NCBI GenBank assembly: GCA_907165135.1
Contig: OU015568.1
Location: forward strand, 4,526,001 to 4,590,000
Reading direction: 5' to 3'
Length of the DNA stretch: 64,000 bases
From: Oikopleura dioica
Taxonomy: Eukaryota; Animalia; Chordata
How positions within the stretch are numbered: position 1 is the stretch's first letter; the number at the start of each line of letters is the position of its first letter. Positions 62,901 to 64,000 of this stretch are shown here, in pieces. Below the pieces are notes generated by a model, which had not been told where the DNA came from, made no database searches, and was given only the letters and a program-made list of their open reading frames with translations. The position numbers and the translations under genes are program-made.

Positions 62901-63494
62901 AATTTAGGCGAATAAATGCGACCTAAAAGCTGCTTCCATGTACGCATCGAACAAACAGTACGAAGAAGCCACGCATATCTTCGAAAAGGTAAAACTTCTT
63001 TATCATCGAGCACCCCCTTAAAACTCCCCTCCCAGGTCGCTATGAGTGCATGTGAAACGCCCCTGCTAAAATACTCCGCAAAAGAATATTTCTTCAAAGC
63101 CGCCCTTTGCCGATTTTGCCTAAACACCGACGACGCTAGAAATGCCATCGAAAGGTACGCTATCTTTCGTTTTCCCAGCAATCATTTCTTTCAGATACGA
63201 GGGTGTTTTCCCAACTTTCATCGATACAAGAGAAGCAGCGCTCTTGAAGGAACTTCTTGAAGCAGCGGAAAAGAACAACATTGATGATTATACCGACGCT
63301 GTCAAAAAGTAAGTCGCGAAAAAACGCTCCATAACGAATTCTTCTTTACAGGTACGATTCTGTATCGAGAATTGACACTTGGCTCACCGCGATTCTCCTG
63401 GCTATCAAAAAGCGTCTCCAGTCCACGGACGGTAAGGCCCTCCTTTCTTTAATTCAAGTTATGCTAAACCTTTCCAGAAGCTGATATTCTCTGA
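59967..63494 (+). CDS. NAPA: Alpha-soluble NSF attachment protein (alpha-SNAP)
   Basis: FLSKIFGG..KLEEACELY, FKIAQSWSDAG, HEAAQNLVEAGNCWRK, AIEVYIDLGR, LLKYSAKEYFFKAALC, FIDTREAALL and YDSVSRIDTWLTAILLAIKK. All introns are GT-AG; intron 1 spans 60091-62480. Confidence 0.96.
60255..60885. mobile_element. ~620-bp near-complete palindrome (foldback) in alpha-SNAP intron 1
   Basis: The arms pair almost to the centre (aaactttttaaccgtttttga/tcaaaaacggttaaaaagttt; atgaattaccataagaattttttgg/ccaaaaaattcttatggtaattcat); the loop is near 60560-60590. Confidence 0.88.
61464..62300. mobile_element. Kolobok-like non-autonomous element (TTAA flanks, GGG...CCC termini)
   Basis: ttaa|gggtgtccccaacgat ... 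atcattggggacaccc|ttaa gives a 16-bp TIR with 1 mismatch and TTAA on both sides. Confidence 0.8.
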
Positions 63495-63805
63495 AAAGAA
63501 TCCCCACTTTCTCAACTTCAAGAAGAAAAAATCCTTCCGTTCCTCCAACAACCTCGTCATTTTTTTCAAACCTTATTCATACCACTATTCTACCACGCAT
63601 TCATATTACTACTTTTTCGTTCTAAAAAACCAAAAAAATTCTTCATGTTCTGATCTGTTCAATCATTTTTCTTTCGTTTCAAACCAGATACAGTACGGGA
63701 CTATACAGGAATGAATAGATACTGTGCCATTTTCCATTTTTATCAGGGAAAAAATGGGTTCCTTATGTACTGAAATCCAGCAAGCTTTTAGTAATTAACT
63801 ATCTC

Positions 63806-63910
63806 CTAGGCTCGCAAACCTGTGTTAAAAACCTGAGTCAGCTACGCGGCGTTCTCAGGAGCTCTTTCAAGGCCCTGACTCAGGTTCTTACACAGATTTC
63901 CGAGTCCAGT
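63806..63910. mobile_element. CCTGAGTCAGG-family MITE copy
   Basis: aacctgtgttaaaacctgagtcag...ccctgactcaggttcttacacag. Confidence 0.8.
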
Positions 63911-64000
63911 TAAAATGAGAACTTCGTTTTTTTGTTCAAAATTATATCGATGCAATATGACAACTATTCCTTTTTTTCTATCTACCTGTGTGTAGTAATT

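Overview
Compact, intron-rich eukaryotic DNA. The 35-100 nt introns, several GA-AG introns that follow an exonic AG, short intergenic gaps with same-strand gene runs, and dense MITEs together point to the larvacean tunicate Oikopleura. The organism call is an inference. Genes I can support: an OATP/SLCO transporter, glycosylasparaginase (AGA), a tetraspanin-like 4-TM protein, a 2xSRCR-mucin type I membrane protein, two tandem orphan multipass membrane paralogues, AMPK alpha, an HSD17B12-like SDR, an arylsulfatase B-like gene, two Cys-rich/Kelch-like paralogues, an FLVCR-type MFS transporter, a PAN/SEA-like mucin plus its truncated duplicate, a MARVEL protein and alpha-SNAP. There are also two tRNA genes (Tyr with intron, Asn); tRNA-Asn and an antisense RING gene are nested in introns of the arylsulfatase gene. 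Two structures stand out. (1) A complete xanthine dehydrogenase-family gene lies on the same strand inside a 4.4-kb GA-AG intron of the FLVCR gene, and that intron is bounded almost exactly by a 23-bp terminal inverted repeat and a duplicated aaagg. It looks like a cargo-carrying TIR element that doubles as an intron. (2) A 4.5-kb foldback-like element with minisatellite TIRs carries a Cys-rich/Kelch gene and sits exactly at the junction of a ~2.55-kb direct duplication. Exon structures were assembled by eye, so boundaries of the orphan genes are approximate.
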